A DNA stretch of 64,000 nt from an uncultured Bacteroidia bacterium (GCA_902795735.1 CADBMD010000158.1:2047-66046); one strand, 5' to 3'; positions 39,223 to 49,791 are shown, counted from the first letter of the stretch. Translations and numbers: made by a program. Notes: generated by a model from the letters alone, not told the origin.

Positions 39223-42200
39223 TTAAAATGTGAGATTGAGTCCGGCGACGAAACCAATGCTCTTGGGATAGGCGGAGCAATCGACTCCGGGGGTCAGAGG
39301 CGTCGAGCGACGGGTGTCGACTTCCGGATCATAGCCGCTGTATTTCGTCAGGCAGAAAAGGTTGGTTCCGGTGACGTAAAGACGGAGTTTCCTGATAGAG
39401 ACTTTCTGGGTCAGTTCTTCAGGAAGCGTGTAACCAATCGTAGCGCTCTGGAAACGGAGGAAGGAGGCATCCTCAACTGCCCAGTCGCTGAAGACGGCAT
39501 TCTGGACTGCGGGATTCCACATCATCTTTCCGGCATTCATGGAAACGAGCTTGTCGGGGTCGTTTACCAGTTCGCCGGTCGTCCAGTCGATGTTGGTCCA
39601 CCTGTCGCTGACATTCATCATGCTGGTGAGGTTCCTCAGGGTCGTGAACTTACGGGATGAGTTGAACTCGATCTTGTTGGCATTGTACACCTGGTTCCCT
39701 ATCATGTAGTTGAAGTTGGCCGAGAAATCGAAGCCTTTAAGATAACCACTGAGAGAGAAACCGCCGGTGAAATCAGGAGATGCGTTCCCGATGACGGTCT
39801 TGTCATTGTCTGAGATCTTCCCGTCCCCGTCAAGGTCCTTGAGCTTCATGGCTCCGGGCCTGAAATAGTTGGATCCAAGGATGGAAGATGCATCCGGAAC
39901 ACCCTCTTTAGCGACCCATCTGCTGCCATCGTAAGTCATGTCGTTGACAGTGTACATTCCGTCAGAGACATAGCCATACATGTTGCCAAGAGGCTGTCCG
40001 ACTTCAACTATGTAGTCGTTGCCGATTTCCGTGGAGGCCCATCCGGAATTGCCCGGAATGCTGGTCTGTCCGCCAAGGGAAGTCACCCGGTTGTGGTTAT
40101 AGGCGATGTTGCCGGACAGGTTGAGCGAGAAGTCCTTCTTCTGGACGATCGGAGCGTTGAGAGTGAGTTCTATACCGCGGTTGCGGGTGGATCCTATGTT
40201 CCTGTACTGGCTGTCATATCCCGTTCCGCTGATCAGGTAATTGATCAGAAGGTTCTTGGTGTCATTCTGGTACGCCTCGACGCTTCCGCTGAATTTACCC
40301 TGGAAAAGGCTGAAATCCAAACCCAGGTTGTGGGTGTACGAGGTTTCCCATGTCAGGTCGGGATTGTTCATGATCTTGCCTGCCATGTAATAGGTCTCAG
40401 ACGTGGAGATGATGTTCAGGTAAGTCGGATCCGTCGTTGAATATGATGTATATTCCTTGAATATCCTTCCGGAAGGAATGTTGTTGTTACCTGCCGATCC
40501 GAAGCTGTAACGAAGCTTGAGTTGCTCGACCCAGCTCCTGCTAGCTTCCATGAACGGCTCGTTGGAAATCGTCCATGAAGCTGCGGCTGACGGGAAGAAT
40601 CCCCAGCGGTTGCCCTTGGCGAACTTGGATGAGCCGTCAGCACGCAGGGTCGCTCCGAAGGAATACTTGTGCTTGAAGTCATAGTTCACCCTTCCGAAGA
40701 ACGAGAGAAGGTTGTCGTTCTGATTGTAGTGGTTACGTACTGCTGCCGGGGTTCCCGAGCTCAGGAAATTCCAAGCCAGCTGTGAATCGAACGACTCCGG
40801 AAGGTCTGTAGTACTCATCGTGACCGTATTGCTCTTCGAGATGGTCATTTCTTCTCCGATGAGGAAATCCAGGGAATGGTCTTCCGGCAGGAACTCGCTC
40901 AGGTTGTACTGCAAGGTGTTCGTGTTGCGGTACCTCTTCCTGAAAGCATCCGTGTAGACGGCGGCGGGGCCGAGGGCTCCTGCGTTATACACGGTGTAGG
41001 TGCTCATGCCGTAGAAACGGTTGTCTGTCTGGCGGTAATCCTCCATGCCGCCTTCCACTTTCAGGCGCAGGTTGGGGATTATTTCCCAGTTGAAAGCAGC
41101 ATTGACATTCCATGTCGTACGGTCGCGCTTGCTGTCATTGTCAGTCACGGCGCGAAGCGGCTGGACGGCATCTCCGTAATCTTCTTCGTTGTCATCGGAT
41201 GCAATGTTGCTGGTGATGGGAATCGGAGCATAGAGGACGGCATGCTTGAGTCGTCCGTTGCTGGAAGACTGTCCGGAGTTGTCGTTCAGGGAGTTGGCGC
41301 CTGCACCACGCACATTGGTACTTGAATAACGTGTATTCAAATCAATGGAAGTGGTCTTTCCGGTGATGAACTGAGCCTTGAAATTCAGGTTGTCGCGGGC
41401 ATAGCTTGAGCCCTTCATGATGGCGTTGTCGCCCAGGTGGGCATAGCCGAGGGTCCAGTTGACATTCTCACTGCTGCCGGAAACGGAAAAGTCCGTGTTC
41501 CAGGAACTACCGGTGTTGCCGAATACGGCATTCACCCAGTCGTTGGTCGGGATACCGGTGTAGAGGTCAATGTCAGAGAAGGCTCCGAAACGAGGCTGGT
41601 AAACATCTGAAAGGTTGTCCCTGAGCATGCCGAGTTCGTACTGGAACTTTATGAAGTTCTCGGCGTCCATGACCTTGATGGCATCTTTGTTGGCCATGGT
41701 CTTGAGCCCGAAGTAGGAATTCACTTTCACGGATATCTTCTGGCCCTTCTCAGCGCTCTTGGTCGTCACGATGACGACGCCGTTTGCACCACGGCTTCCA
41801 TAGATAGCCGTCGAGAAGGCATCCTTGAGGATGTCGATAGAAGCGATTTCAGAAGAAGAGATGTCATTGATTGATTCTACAGGGAAACCGTCAACGATGT
41901 AAAGAGGGCTGTTGTCCTGGGTGATCGAACCACCTCCGCGGACCCTGATCTTGATGTCGGCATCCGGATCGCCTTCAGTAGTGACGACCGAGACGCCAGC
42001 CATCTTTCCTGCGAGGGCCTGGCTGACCGTAGTCACCGGTTGTTCGGCAATCTTGTCCGACCCTACTGATGAAACGGAGCCAAGGAGGTCCCGACGCTTG
42101 ACTGTCGCGTAACCGACCACCACCACCTCATCGAGGAAGTTGGCATCTTCTTTCAGGACCACGTCGATCTGTGTGCGGCCGCCGATCTCCACGGTCTGGT

Positions 42201-42441
42201 CGCTGAGTCCGATGAAAGAGAAAACCAGGCGGGTTGCACCCTCGGGCAAAACGAGCGTGTAGTCGCCGTCGATTCCGGTGATGGTTCCGACGGTCGTTCC
42301 CTCGACCATGACACCGACACCTACGAGAGGTTCGCCGGATTCGTCAGTGACGACACCCTTAACGGTTGTCTGGGCAAAAAGGGACCACGACGTTGCCAGG
42401 CAGAGAAGTGCGAGAATGAGTTTCTTTGCTGGATTTTTCAT
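39223..42441 (-). CDS. susC: SusC/RagA TonB-dependent transporter
   Basis: Motifs LDEVVVVGY, PLYIVDG, LKDAFSTAIYGSRGANGVVIVTTK, RADGSSKF, NPDLTWE and terminal GLNLTF. Confidence 0.96.
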   Translation of the reverse strand: MKNPAKKLILALLCLATSWSLFAQTTVKGVVTDESGEPLVGVGVMVEGTTVGTITGIDGDYTLVLPEGATRLVFSFIGLSDQTVEIGGRTQIDVVLKEDANFLDEVVVVGYATVKRRDLLGSVSSVGSDKIAEQPVTTVSQALAGKMAGVSVVTTEGDPDADIKIRVRGGGSITQDNSPLYIVDGFPVESINDISSSEIASIDILKDAFSTAIYGSRGANGVVIVTTKSAEKGQKISVKVNSYFGLKTMANKDAIKVMDAENFIKFQYELGMLRDNLSDVYQPRFGAFSDIDLYTGIPTNDWVNAVFGNTGSSWNTDFSVSGSSENVNWTLGYAHLGDNAIMKGSSYARDNLNFKAQFITGKTTSIDLNTRYSSTNVRGAGANSLNDNSGQSSSNGRLKHAVLYAPIPITSNIASDDNEEDYGDAVQPLRAVTDNDSKRDRTTWNVNAAFNWEIIPNLRLKVEGGMEDYRQTDNRFYGMSTYTVYNAGALGPAAVYTDAFRKRYRNTNTLQYNLSEFLPEDHSLDFLIGEEMTISKSNTVTMSTTDLPESFDSQLAWNFLSSGTPAAVRNHYNQNDNLLSFFGRVNYDFKHKYSFGATLRADGSSKFAKGNRWGFFPSAAASWTISNEPFMEASRSWVEQLKLRYSFGSAGNNNIPSGRIFKEYTSYSTTDPTYLNIISTSETYYMAGKIMNNPDLTWETSYTHNLGLDFSLFQGKFSGSVEAYQNDTKNLLINYLISGTGYDSQYRNIGSTRNRGIELTLNAPIVQKKDFSLNLSGNIAYNHNRVTSLGGQTSIPGNSGWASTEIGNDYIVEVGQPLGNMYGYVSDGMYTVNDMTYDGSRWVAKEGVPDASSILGSNYFRPGAMKLKDLDGDGKISDNDKTVIGNASPDFTGGFSLSGYLKGFDFSANFNYMIGNQVYNANKIEFNSSRKFTTLRNLTSMMNVSDRWTNIDWTTGELVNDPDKLVSMNAGKMMWNPAVQNAVFSDWAVEDASFLRFQSATIGYTLPEELTQKVSIRKLRLYVTGTNLFCLTKYSGYDPEVDTRRSTPLTPGVDCSAYPKSIGFVAGLNLTF

Positions 42442-42479
42442 GGATTATAAAGTAATTGAATGATAAATGATTATATATG

Positions 42480-44321
42480 TTATTGTTCTTTCACGATCTC
42501 TCTTACAAGATAGTGGAGGTACATTTCAAGGTTGGTATAGCGGCCGTTCACATCGAGGCTGACTGCCTTTGCATCCGACGCCTTGTCCTTGTCCAGGCCG
42601 AAAAGATCCTCATAATAATCGGGGATGCCGTCTTTGTCGGTGTCCTTAACCCGCCCTGTCTCTTCGGAAGTGGCCTTGTACTCTGGCCAGCCCCCCACAT
42701 CCACCTGGGAATCAATCAAGCCTTTTGAGGATCCGTTCGAACCTTGGAACGTGAACTTCCCGGTCTTCGTCTCCTCCGTCACACGTTTGTCGACTTCATC
42801 CCTCCTGAGGCTCGCCCCTGAGATGGAAAGGACTTTTGTGAAGGCCTCTTCAGCCGAATCGACCGACAGGGACGTTTCTTTTCCTTCATAGGAAAATTCC
42901 TTGTCAGACTTGATCCTGGCTATGACTTCGGATGAAGCCGTGGTCCCTTTCCAGTTGTCCCTGGTCTTTTCGTCATTGCCGTCCATGATGTTCCCTGACA
43001 TGTAATAGTGTCCTGGAACGATGGTGGAAACACCGGTCTTCTTGATGCAATTGTCACAGTCCTTTGTCCAGGGGTCGATGAACCTGACCTTGCCTGAAGC
43101 GGTGGCAGGACCGGGCTTGTAGTAATTGTTTATGATGTTGTACTTGCGGAAACTGTTGTCGTCATTGGCGCTTTCTCCGCCGTAGGTACTGTTGTCTCCC
43201 CAGTTGTAAACCACATTGTTGACCAGGCTGACAGGCCCTTTCAGCAACGAAAGGTAGTCATGGTCAAGACGCGGGTTGCGGCTGTCGTGATGGGCCAGCA
43301 AGTTGTGATGGTAGGTCGCATTCTCTCCTCCCCACAGTCCTCCATAACCATGTTTCCCCTTGTCATGCACCGAATTGCGCAGGCTCTCTGAAAGGATGCA
43401 CCACTGCAGGGTGAAATCCGTCATTCCGTAGAATGAGCCGCACTCGTCAGTGCTCCAGCTGAGAGAACAGTGGTCTATGATGACATCGCTGATGCCGCTT
43501 TCCGTGTAAAGGTTCATGGCATCGTCGGCCGTGGCTTTCTCATCTCCCATTCGGCAACGGATGTACCTGATGATCACATTGCTCGCATTGATCCTCAACG
43601 TGTGGTTCTTCAGGCATATCCCGTCCCCGGGAGCCGTCTGGCCCGCAATGGTCACGTCCCCGTTGTTGATGTTGAGGGTCGAATTCAGCTCGATTATTCC
43701 GGCGACATCGAACACGATCGTCCTTTTGCCTTTCTTACCGATTGCCCAGCGGAGCGAACCGTCTCCGGAATCCTTGAGGTTCGTCACATGATAGACATCG
43801 CCGCCCCGGCCTCCGGTCGTGTACATTCCGCCGCCTTGTGCACCAGGGAAAGCCCTGGCTGTACCGTCTTCCTCTGCTTCGGGAATCATGAATTTTGAAT
43901 ATTCAAAACCGGAGGAAGGTGCCGGCCCCGGCTCAGGCTGGGGTTCGGAAACCGTCGAAGCCGTAACGGAGACAGTGGAGGATTTCTTCTCTCCAGATCC
44001 AGAATCTGCACCGATGGAAGTGACTGAAAACTTGTAGGACTTCCCGGAGACAAGGTTGGTAATCACCACGTTCCTGGAATTGGCGGTTCCACTCTGCAAC
44101 ACGGCCGTGCTTCCGTTTTCGGAAATAGACCATTCGTATTTCACTGCACCCTGCGCCACATCCCACTGGAAAGTAAGGGATGTCTCGGTGGAACTGTGAA
44201 GGACCACATTCGTAGGACTCGCAGGAGCGGGAGTGTCCTTTTGTTCCGGTTCATCGCCTCCACAAGAGATGACCATTGCCATTACGGCAAAGGCACATAG
44301 GATTATCCTTCTGATACTCAT
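42480..44321 (-). CDS. PL1 pectate lyase with N-terminal FN3, lipoprotein
   Basis: Lipobox VISC. Motifs RAFPGAQGGG..TTGGRGG, AGQTAPGDG, IIDHCSLSWSTDE and SRNPR. C-terminal DTDKDGIPD. Confidence 0.9.
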   Translation of the reverse strand: MSIRRIILCAFAVMAMVISCGGDEPEQKDTPAPASPTNVVLHSSTETSLTFQWDVAQGAVKYEWSISENGSTAVLQSGTANSRNVVITNLVSGKSYKFSVTSIGADSGSGEKKSSTVSVTASTVSEPQPEPGPAPSSGFEYSKFMIPEAEEDGTARAFPGAQGGGMYTTGGRGGDVYHVTNLKDSGDGSLRWAIGKKGKRTIVFDVAGIIELNSTLNINNGDVTIAGQTAPGDGICLKNHTLRINASNVIIRYIRCRMGDEKATADDAMNLYTESGISDVIIDHCSLSWSTDECGSFYGMTDFTLQWCILSESLRNSVHDKGKHGYGGLWGGENATYHHNLLAHHDSRNPRLDHDYLSLLKGPVSLVNNVVYNWGDNSTYGGESANDDNSFRKYNIINNYYKPGPATASGKVRFIDPWTKDCDNCIKKTGVSTIVPGHYYMSGNIMDGNDEKTRDNWKGTTASSEVIARIKSDKEFSYEGKETSLSVDSAEEAFTKVLSISGASLRRDEVDKRVTEETKTGKFTFQGSNGSSKGLIDSQVDVGGWPEYKATSEETGRVKDTDKDGIPDYYEDLFGLDKDKASDAKAVSLDVNGRYTNLEMYLHYLVREIVKEQ

Positions 44322-45499
44322 TTCAACATTTCCATTTCAAGCGCCGCCCAGACCGCAGGGCCTATGCCCTTTGGATCGTTGGAGCGTATTTTCTCGTTTA
44401 TGTAATAGTCGTAGTCGCCACGACGGTTTTCCTTCCCGCCAAGACCTGCCACCTCGCAGCAGTGATCCAGATTAACTGTGGAGCCATCCCGGGAAATGAA
44501 TGTCTTGACGAAAGACGCGTAAGTCTCCTTGCAGGTCTTTGCCGGGATGTCGAGATAGCCAAGGCGCCTTCCTTTCAGCATCGAGTAAGTGAACATGGCA
44601 CAGCAGGTGGCTTCGAGATAATTGCCTTCGGCTCCCGGCCTGTCCAGGACCTGGTACCACATCCCGGTCTCCTTGTCTGCATAGGCCGGAAGCTTCTCGA
44701 AAATCCCACGGAGAATGCTTATCATCTCTTCCTTTCCGGCGGTTCCGTCAGGAATCAATGGCAATGTTTCGACAAGGGCCATGCAGTACCAACCCAGGGC
44801 ACGCCCCCAGGCGTGGTCGCTCTGCCCCGTCACAGGATCTGCCCAGAACATCTTCCTGGAAGAATCCCAGGCATGACGGTAAAGGCCTGTAGCCGGGTCA
44901 TAAGTATGGTGGGCTACGGTTATGAACTGATGGGCGATGTCCTCATAGTTCGCTGCCCGGAGTTTTTCCGGAACATATCTGGAGGTGTACTCCGCATAGA
45001 AAGGCTGGGCCATGTAGAGTCCGTCCAGCCACATCTGGTCTGGATAGACTTTCTTGTGCCAGAAACCTCCCTCGGGAGTCCGTGGCTGACCTTGGATCTG
45101 GGTGTAGAGGGTGTCCATCGCCATGCGGTACTTCTCTTTCCCTGTGATGTCATAGAGCTGGAACAAAGTCCGGCCGGGACAGATGTGGTCGGTGGAATAA
45201 TTCGAGACCTTGTACTTGAATATCTTCCCGTCCTCGGAAATGATGGCGTCGTACCAGGAATCGACGTAGGAGAGAAGGGATTCATCCCTGCTCCCAGAAT
45301 GACAATAGACGTCAAGAATGGCTTTGAGCTCAAGGCCGGTGGTATAGTTCCATTTCAGCTTGCCCTCCTGGCCGTCCAGATAGCTGGCTTGAGGACAACG
45401 TGCCATCTCGCTCCGCACTACCTCATCATAGAGCCGGGCAGGAGCCGAGCAAGCGGCAAAGGCGGCAACAGCCGCCAGCATATTCAGAAAATGTCTCAT
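44318..45499 (-). CDS. GH105 unsaturated (rhamno)galacturonyl hydrolase
   Basis: Motifs KWNYTTG, GGFWHK..YPDQMWLDGLYM, WGRALGW, VAGLGG and NDPKG. Confidence 0.92.
   Translation of the reverse strand: MRHFLNMLAAVAAFAACSAPARLYDEVVRSEMARCPQASYLDGQEGKLKWNYTTGLELKAILDVYCHSGSRDESLLSYVDSWYDAIISEDGKIFKYKVSNYSTDHICPGRTLFQLYDITGKEKYRMAMDTLYTQIQGQPRTPEGGFWHKKVYPDQMWLDGLYMAQPFYAEYTSRYVPEKLRAANYEDIAHQFITVAHHTYDPATGLYRHAWDSSRKMFWADPVTGQSDHAWGRALGWYCMALVETLPLIPDGTAGKEEMISILRGIFEKLPAYADKETGMWYQVLDRPGAEGNYLEATCCAMFTYSMLKGRRLGYLDIPAKTCKETYASFVKTFISRDGSTVNLDHCCEVAGLGGKENRRGDYDYYINEKIRSNDPKGIGPAVWAALEMEMLK
45278..45305. repeat. Degenerate copy of a short interspersed repeat embedded in frame in the GH105 gene
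   Basis: ggattcatccctgctcccagaatgacaa matches the intergenic element at 50651-50678 at 20 of 28 positions without gaps. It encodes CHSGSRDES. Confidence 0.55.
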
Positions 45500-47181
45500 T
45501 TGTTGTCAAAAGGATTCCAGACGATTCCGTCCTGTTTTTGGAACATCACGTTTTCGAAGGTGTATTCAGAGGCCTGCTTAGGGCTGAGCTGGCGGGACCA
45601 TTTCACCCTCTCCTTCTTTCCTGCCGCACCCGGTCCTGAATTATTGTATTCGGCATAATAAGAGTTCTTCTTGGTGTCGGGCTTCCCTTCCTTCTCCCAG
45701 TCATGCCAGCCTTCCGGCAGGATGTGTGAGCCTAGCTCGCATTCAATGAAGACCGTCTTGGCGTAGGCTCCCCAGGGGCGTCCGAGATAGCACTTCGTGA
45801 CCGACGGATCCGCCGTGAGGCGGCAGTTATGGAAGACATAGCCCCATTTCTGGCCTTCGAAGGTGGAAGCTGCAGTGACATAGCTGTTCTTCTTCGAATG
45901 GATGTGACAGTTCTCGAACCATGCGATGGAGGGACCGAAGATGAAGTCGGTCGTCCCTTCTATGTAACAATCAAGGAAATAATTACGCTTGACGCCACCA
46001 TCCTTCCCGTAGCGGCCGTAGGTGTAGACCGTGTCCTGGTTGCCGATGAAGCGGCAGCGGTGGAAGAAAAGGAAATCTCCGTCAGTGAATATGGCTACCG
46101 CCTGGGCGATGTCCTTGCCTTCGCCGGAACTGTTCTCCACCGTCAGGTCTTCCATAGTGACATAACTGGAATGGATGTAGAGAGAAGCACTCCCGGAAGT
46201 GCCCATGTCCAGTCCGTTCACATCCCATTTCTTCTTTGCATACTTGTCGAAAGTGAGTATGGTGTTGTCGGCGCCCTGTCCCTTTATGAAGAGCCTGAAC
46301 TTGTTGTGAGGAATGGTGACCATCTCTTTGTAGGTCCCCGCCTTGACGAGTATCCTGGTGATGGCGGCATGGCTGTAGTCCGGAGCCGCATCGATTCCTT
46401 CCTGGACAGTCATGTAGTCCCCGAAACCATTCTGGTCGACCACTATGTCGTAGAATGTCAGGTGGGCGGCAAGTTCCGGAAGCTGTTCCCTGACTGCGTC
46501 GCAGACAAGCAGGGCGACCTTCCTGGCACCATTGGCCTTAGTGTGCGTGTTGTCGACCTTTCCTTCCGGTGCACAAGCATACTTTCCGGGTTCCAGCCAC
46601 ATGAAATAAGGCCTTGAAGCCTCATCACCCAAACCTTCGATCCAATCAAGGGAGCTCTTGGTGATGTCCAGGAGCGGAATCCCGAATTCCGCAGCTACCT
46701 GCTTCATGGCCTCCGGATAATCTCCGTGGCAGTTACGGTCAAGCCTGCCGTCCGTGAACCAGCGACGAGCGACAGGGGTAAGAAGCACCGGCTTGGCTCC
46801 GGCTTGAAGGGCCGTCCTTACAAACAGCCGCAGATTGTCCTGATAGGCTCCGAATGGGGCGGCATATCTCTCAGGGTCGCTTTCTTTCGAATCATTGTGG
46901 CCGAACTGGATGAATACATAGTCTCCGGCCTTCAGGTTGGCTTTCACCTTGTCCCAGAGACCGCGGTCGATGAAACTTTTGGTGCTGCGGCCGTTCTGCG
47001 CATAGTTCACCACTTCGGCTCCTTCTATGAAATTGGGGAACATCATGCCCCATCCTCTTTCCGGATTCCCATTTGACAGGTCCTTGTCAGCCATGGTGGA
47101 ATCACCCATGAGATGTATGGTGAAAGAGCAATTCAGGATGACGGCTGCAATCGCAGCGATTGTGAACAGTATCCTTCTCAT
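45496..47181 (-). CDS. Bifunctional CE12 pectin/RG acetylesterase - CE8 pectin methylesterase
   Basis: CE12 motifs LMGDSTM, GRSTKSF, QFGHND and DNTHT. CE8 motifs QAVA, GNQDTVY, GTTDFIFG and YLGRPW. Start at ATG 47181. Confidence 0.92.
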   Translation of the reverse strand: MRRILFTIAAIAAVILNCSFTIHLMGDSTMADKDLSNGNPERGWGMMFPNFIEGAEVVNYAQNGRSTKSFIDRGLWDKVKANLKAGDYVFIQFGHNDSKESDPERYAAPFGAYQDNLRLFVRTALQAGAKPVLLTPVARRWFTDGRLDRNCHGDYPEAMKQVAAEFGIPLLDITKSSLDWIEGLGDEASRPYFMWLEPGKYACAPEGKVDNTHTKANGARKVALLVCDAVREQLPELAAHLTFYDIVVDQNGFGDYMTVQEGIDAAPDYSHAAITRILVKAGTYKEMVTIPHNKFRLFIKGQGADNTILTFDKYAKKKWDVNGLDMGTSGSASLYIHSSYVTMEDLTVENSSGEGKDIAQAVAIFTDGDFLFFHRCRFIGNQDTVYTYGRYGKDGGVKRNYFLDCYIEGTTDFIFGPSIAWFENCHIHSKKNSYVTAASTFEGQKWGYVFHNCRLTADPSVTKCYLGRPWGAYAKTVFIECELGSHILPEGWHDWEKEGKPDTKKNSYYAEYNNSGPGAAGKKERVKWSRQLSPKQASEYTFENVMFQKQDGIVWNPFDNK

Positions 47182-48644
47182 TTCTTTATCTCCTCTGAAA
47201 CATTTTCGAAAATGATGTCTTCCGCATAATGGACCTCCCGGCCTTTCTGGGCCTTGAATATGCAATCATGGAAGTCGATTCCCCTGATCGGAAGCTCCGG
47301 AAGGCCGTTGATGTACACCGACTGCCTGGCCCCTGAACAAAGGATACCGTTGAAATGCATGTTCCTGAACTCAGGAGTGGTCTCGTCAACCGGTTTCAGG
47401 TCGGATTCCGTCTTACCTGACATGTCGGTCGCTGCGACACCTTCGTAATAAAGATTGAAGATAACGCCATACGAAACTATGTCCTTCATGTAGATGTCGT
47501 TGCACCAGATGTTCTCTACCAGGCCTCCCCTCCCTCTTGTACTCTTGAACCTCAGGCCCACGTCCGTTCCGATGAAACGGCATCCTGAGACCTTGATGTT
47601 GTTGACACCTCCGCTCATCTCGCTTCCGACCACGAAACCACCATGTCCATGATAGACCGTGCAGTCCGAGATTATGAGGTTGCTGCATGCCCTGGCGTGG
47701 CGGCGGCCGTCCTCGTCTTTACCGGACTTTATGCAGATGGCATCATCTCCGACATCGAATGACGATCCCACAAGGACAACGTTTGTACAAGCATCGATAT
47801 CGATGCCGTCTCCGTTCGCTGAATAATGCGGGTTCCTGACAGTTATGTTCTTTACTATTACGTTATTGCAGTAGAGAGGATGGATGTTCCAGCAAGGCGA
47901 ATTCTGGAATGTGCAGTCCTCAAGCAGCACATTTTCGCACTCTCTCAATGAGACCAGCACAGGACGGAGGAAAGTCTTGATTTCATTCTCGTCCAAGGAT
48001 GGATCCGGATAATTCAGCGAACCTGCTGTCTTGCGAGCCTTCATGTAGCCTTCGTCCGGATACCAGACGGAACCATCTTCTGCAAGCACACCTCCACGTT
48101 TAAGGATTTCCTTCCACTGGTCGGAAGACACCTTGCGCTTCTTTACTTCCCTCCAATATTCACCGCTTCCGTCGATTACACCGCCTCCGGTTATGGAAAT
48201 GTCCTTAGCGCCATACGCATTGATCGGAGAAAGGCAGCGGCGGACGTCAAGGCCCTCGAAGTTCGTGTCGATGATGGGATAGAGGTCATGGTCGGGAGAA
48301 AAGACTATTATCGCGCCCTTGCTGACATGAAGGTCTATGTTGTCAACCAGGGTTATCGGACCGGTGAACCATATCCCTTCGGGAACAACCAGATGTCCAC
48401 CTCCTTTCGAAGCAAGGCTGGCAATCGCAGTCTTGAAAGCCTCCGTGTTGAGGAAACTCCCGTCTCCTCTCCCTCCGAAGTCCCTTATGTCAACCTTGCG
48501 CGACGGGATGGAGGGCCTTGAGACCTTTTCCATCTTGAAGGGAAGGTCCTTGTAGAGTGCATCGAACTCCCGCTTTTCTTTCCTTGCCGAACTGCACAGG
48601 AGCAGGCAGCACAATGGGATTGTTATGTAGATCAGTCTCTTCAT
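47178..48644 (-). CDS. GH28 polygalacturonase
   Basis: Motifs NGDGIDID, GDDAICIKSG, GHGGFVVGSE and RFKS. Confidence 0.93.
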   Translation of the reverse strand: MKRLIYITIPLCCLLLCSSARKEKREFDALYKDLPFKMEKVSRPSIPSRKVDIRDFGGRGDGSFLNTEAFKTAIASLASKGGGHLVVPEGIWFTGPITLVDNIDLHVSKGAIIVFSPDHDLYPIIDTNFEGLDVRRCLSPINAYGAKDISITGGGVIDGSGEYWREVKKRKVSSDQWKEILKRGGVLAEDGSVWYPDEGYMKARKTAGSLNYPDPSLDENEIKTFLRPVLVSLRECENVLLEDCTFQNSPCWNIHPLYCNNVIVKNITVRNPHYSANGDGIDIDACTNVVLVGSSFDVGDDAICIKSGKDEDGRRHARACSNLIISDCTVYHGHGGFVVGSEMSGGVNNIKVSGCRFIGTDVGLRFKSTRGRGGLVENIWCNDIYMKDIVSYGVIFNLYYEGVAATDMSGKTESDLKPVDETTPEFRNMHFNGILCSGARQSVYINGLPELPIRGIDFHDCIFKAQKGREVHYAEDIIFENVSEEIKK

Positions 48645-48649
48645 CGTCG

Positions 48650-49651
48650 CTATCTTTTATTTCTGTTGGAAGATTCCCTTGCTTTGAGTTCCATCGGAAC
48701 CACTATCTGGCCGACCTTAGCCCCAGGTTTCAAGGATGTGAGGAAGGCCTGGGCCGCACGTCGCCCCATCTCATAAGGATGCTGGGCCATTGAACTGAGC
48801 GATGGCGTCATGAGGCCAGTGAAATGTTCGTTGGCAGTACCGACTATTCCGAAATCTTCCGGAATCCTCAATCCACGTTCCTTGGCCGCCATCATTGCCC
48901 CGAGTGCCGAAAAATCTCCCGCGCTGTAGATTGCATCGCAACCAAGGTCCAAGGCCTTCTTTCCCGCTTCATAACCTGTTTCCTGCACGATGGCATCGTA
49001 GAAGATGATGTCCTCGTCTATTTCCATGCCCATGTCTGTGAGAGCCTGCTTGTAACCATTGAGACGAGCCACGTAGGCTTCTGATGACATGTAGCCGGCA
49101 ATGTTACCGATTCTCTTGTAACCCTGCTCGATGAGATGGCGAGTACCTTCGTAGGCTCCGCGGAAATTGTCGCTGACGATTTTCGGTCCAGGGAGGGCGC
49201 TGAAAACCCTGTCAAACTGGACAAGGATCGTGTCCGGACCGATGTTTTCCATGATGTGGGTGCCGTCGGTGGAAACTATGGCATGGGAAATAAGGACTCC
49301 TGAGACCCTGTTGCTCATCAAGGTCCGCAAAGCCTTGATTTCATCTTCCGTGCTTTCGTGCGTCTGGCAGATGATGACGGAGTAGCCGTTTTCGTTAAGG
49401 ACCGACTCCGCGCCGCTGATAGCGCTGCTGAAAAAGGCTCGGTTGATCCTGGGGACAACGATTCCAACTACCTTGGAGCGCCCCCGCCTGAGGCTGGAAG
49501 CCGCTTCATTACGCTCGTACCCCATTTTTTTGGCAATGCTGAGTACAGCCTCCCGAGTGGATTGCCTCACCCTGGGACTACCAGAAAGCGCTCTTGAAAC
49601 TGTCGATGGGGTAATTCCCAAAGATTTCGCTATGTCAGAAATGGTTACCAT
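48650..49651 (-). CDS. LacI-family transcriptional regulator
   Basis: HTH VTISDIAKSLGITPSTVSRAL, followed by a periplasmic-binding-protein-like domain with IPEDFGIVG and TPSLSS. Confidence 0.95.
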   Translation of the reverse strand: MVTISDIAKSLGITPSTVSRALSGSPRVRQSTREAVLSIAKKMGYERNEAASSLRRGRSKVVGIVVPRINRAFFSSAISGAESVLNENGYSVIICQTHESTEDEIKALRTLMSNRVSGVLISHAIVSTDGTHIMENIGPDTILVQFDRVFSALPGPKIVSDNFRGAYEGTRHLIEQGYKRIGNIAGYMSSEAYVARLNGYKQALTDMGMEIDEDIIFYDAIVQETGYEAGKKALDLGCDAIYSAGDFSALGAMMAAKERGLRIPEDFGIVGTANEHFTGLMTPSLSSMAQHPYEMGRRAAQAFLTSLKPGAKVGQIVVPMELKARESSNRNKR

Positions 49652-49671
49652 GTCAGTGTCACTGATGGCTG

Positions 49672-49691
49672 CAAAAATACAAACGTTTGCA
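49672..49691. promoter_or_regulatory. LacI-type operator abutting the leftward -7 element
   Basis: Perfect palindrome CAAACGTTTG (49680-49689) within TACAAACGTTTGCA. TATTTTTG on the minus strand at 49672-49679. Confidence 0.75.
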
Positions 49692-49791
49692 CAATTTCCA
49701 AATTATTTTCGTTAAAAAGATAAAATATTCATGAGCGTTCTTTTAAAAATTGAAAAATATTCAGCTTTTCCACACGAAAATTTTGTTATTT

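Noticed and set aside
44462-45658. 398-aa plus-strand ORF
   Set aside because: Antisense shadow of GH105 with no protein-family motifs.
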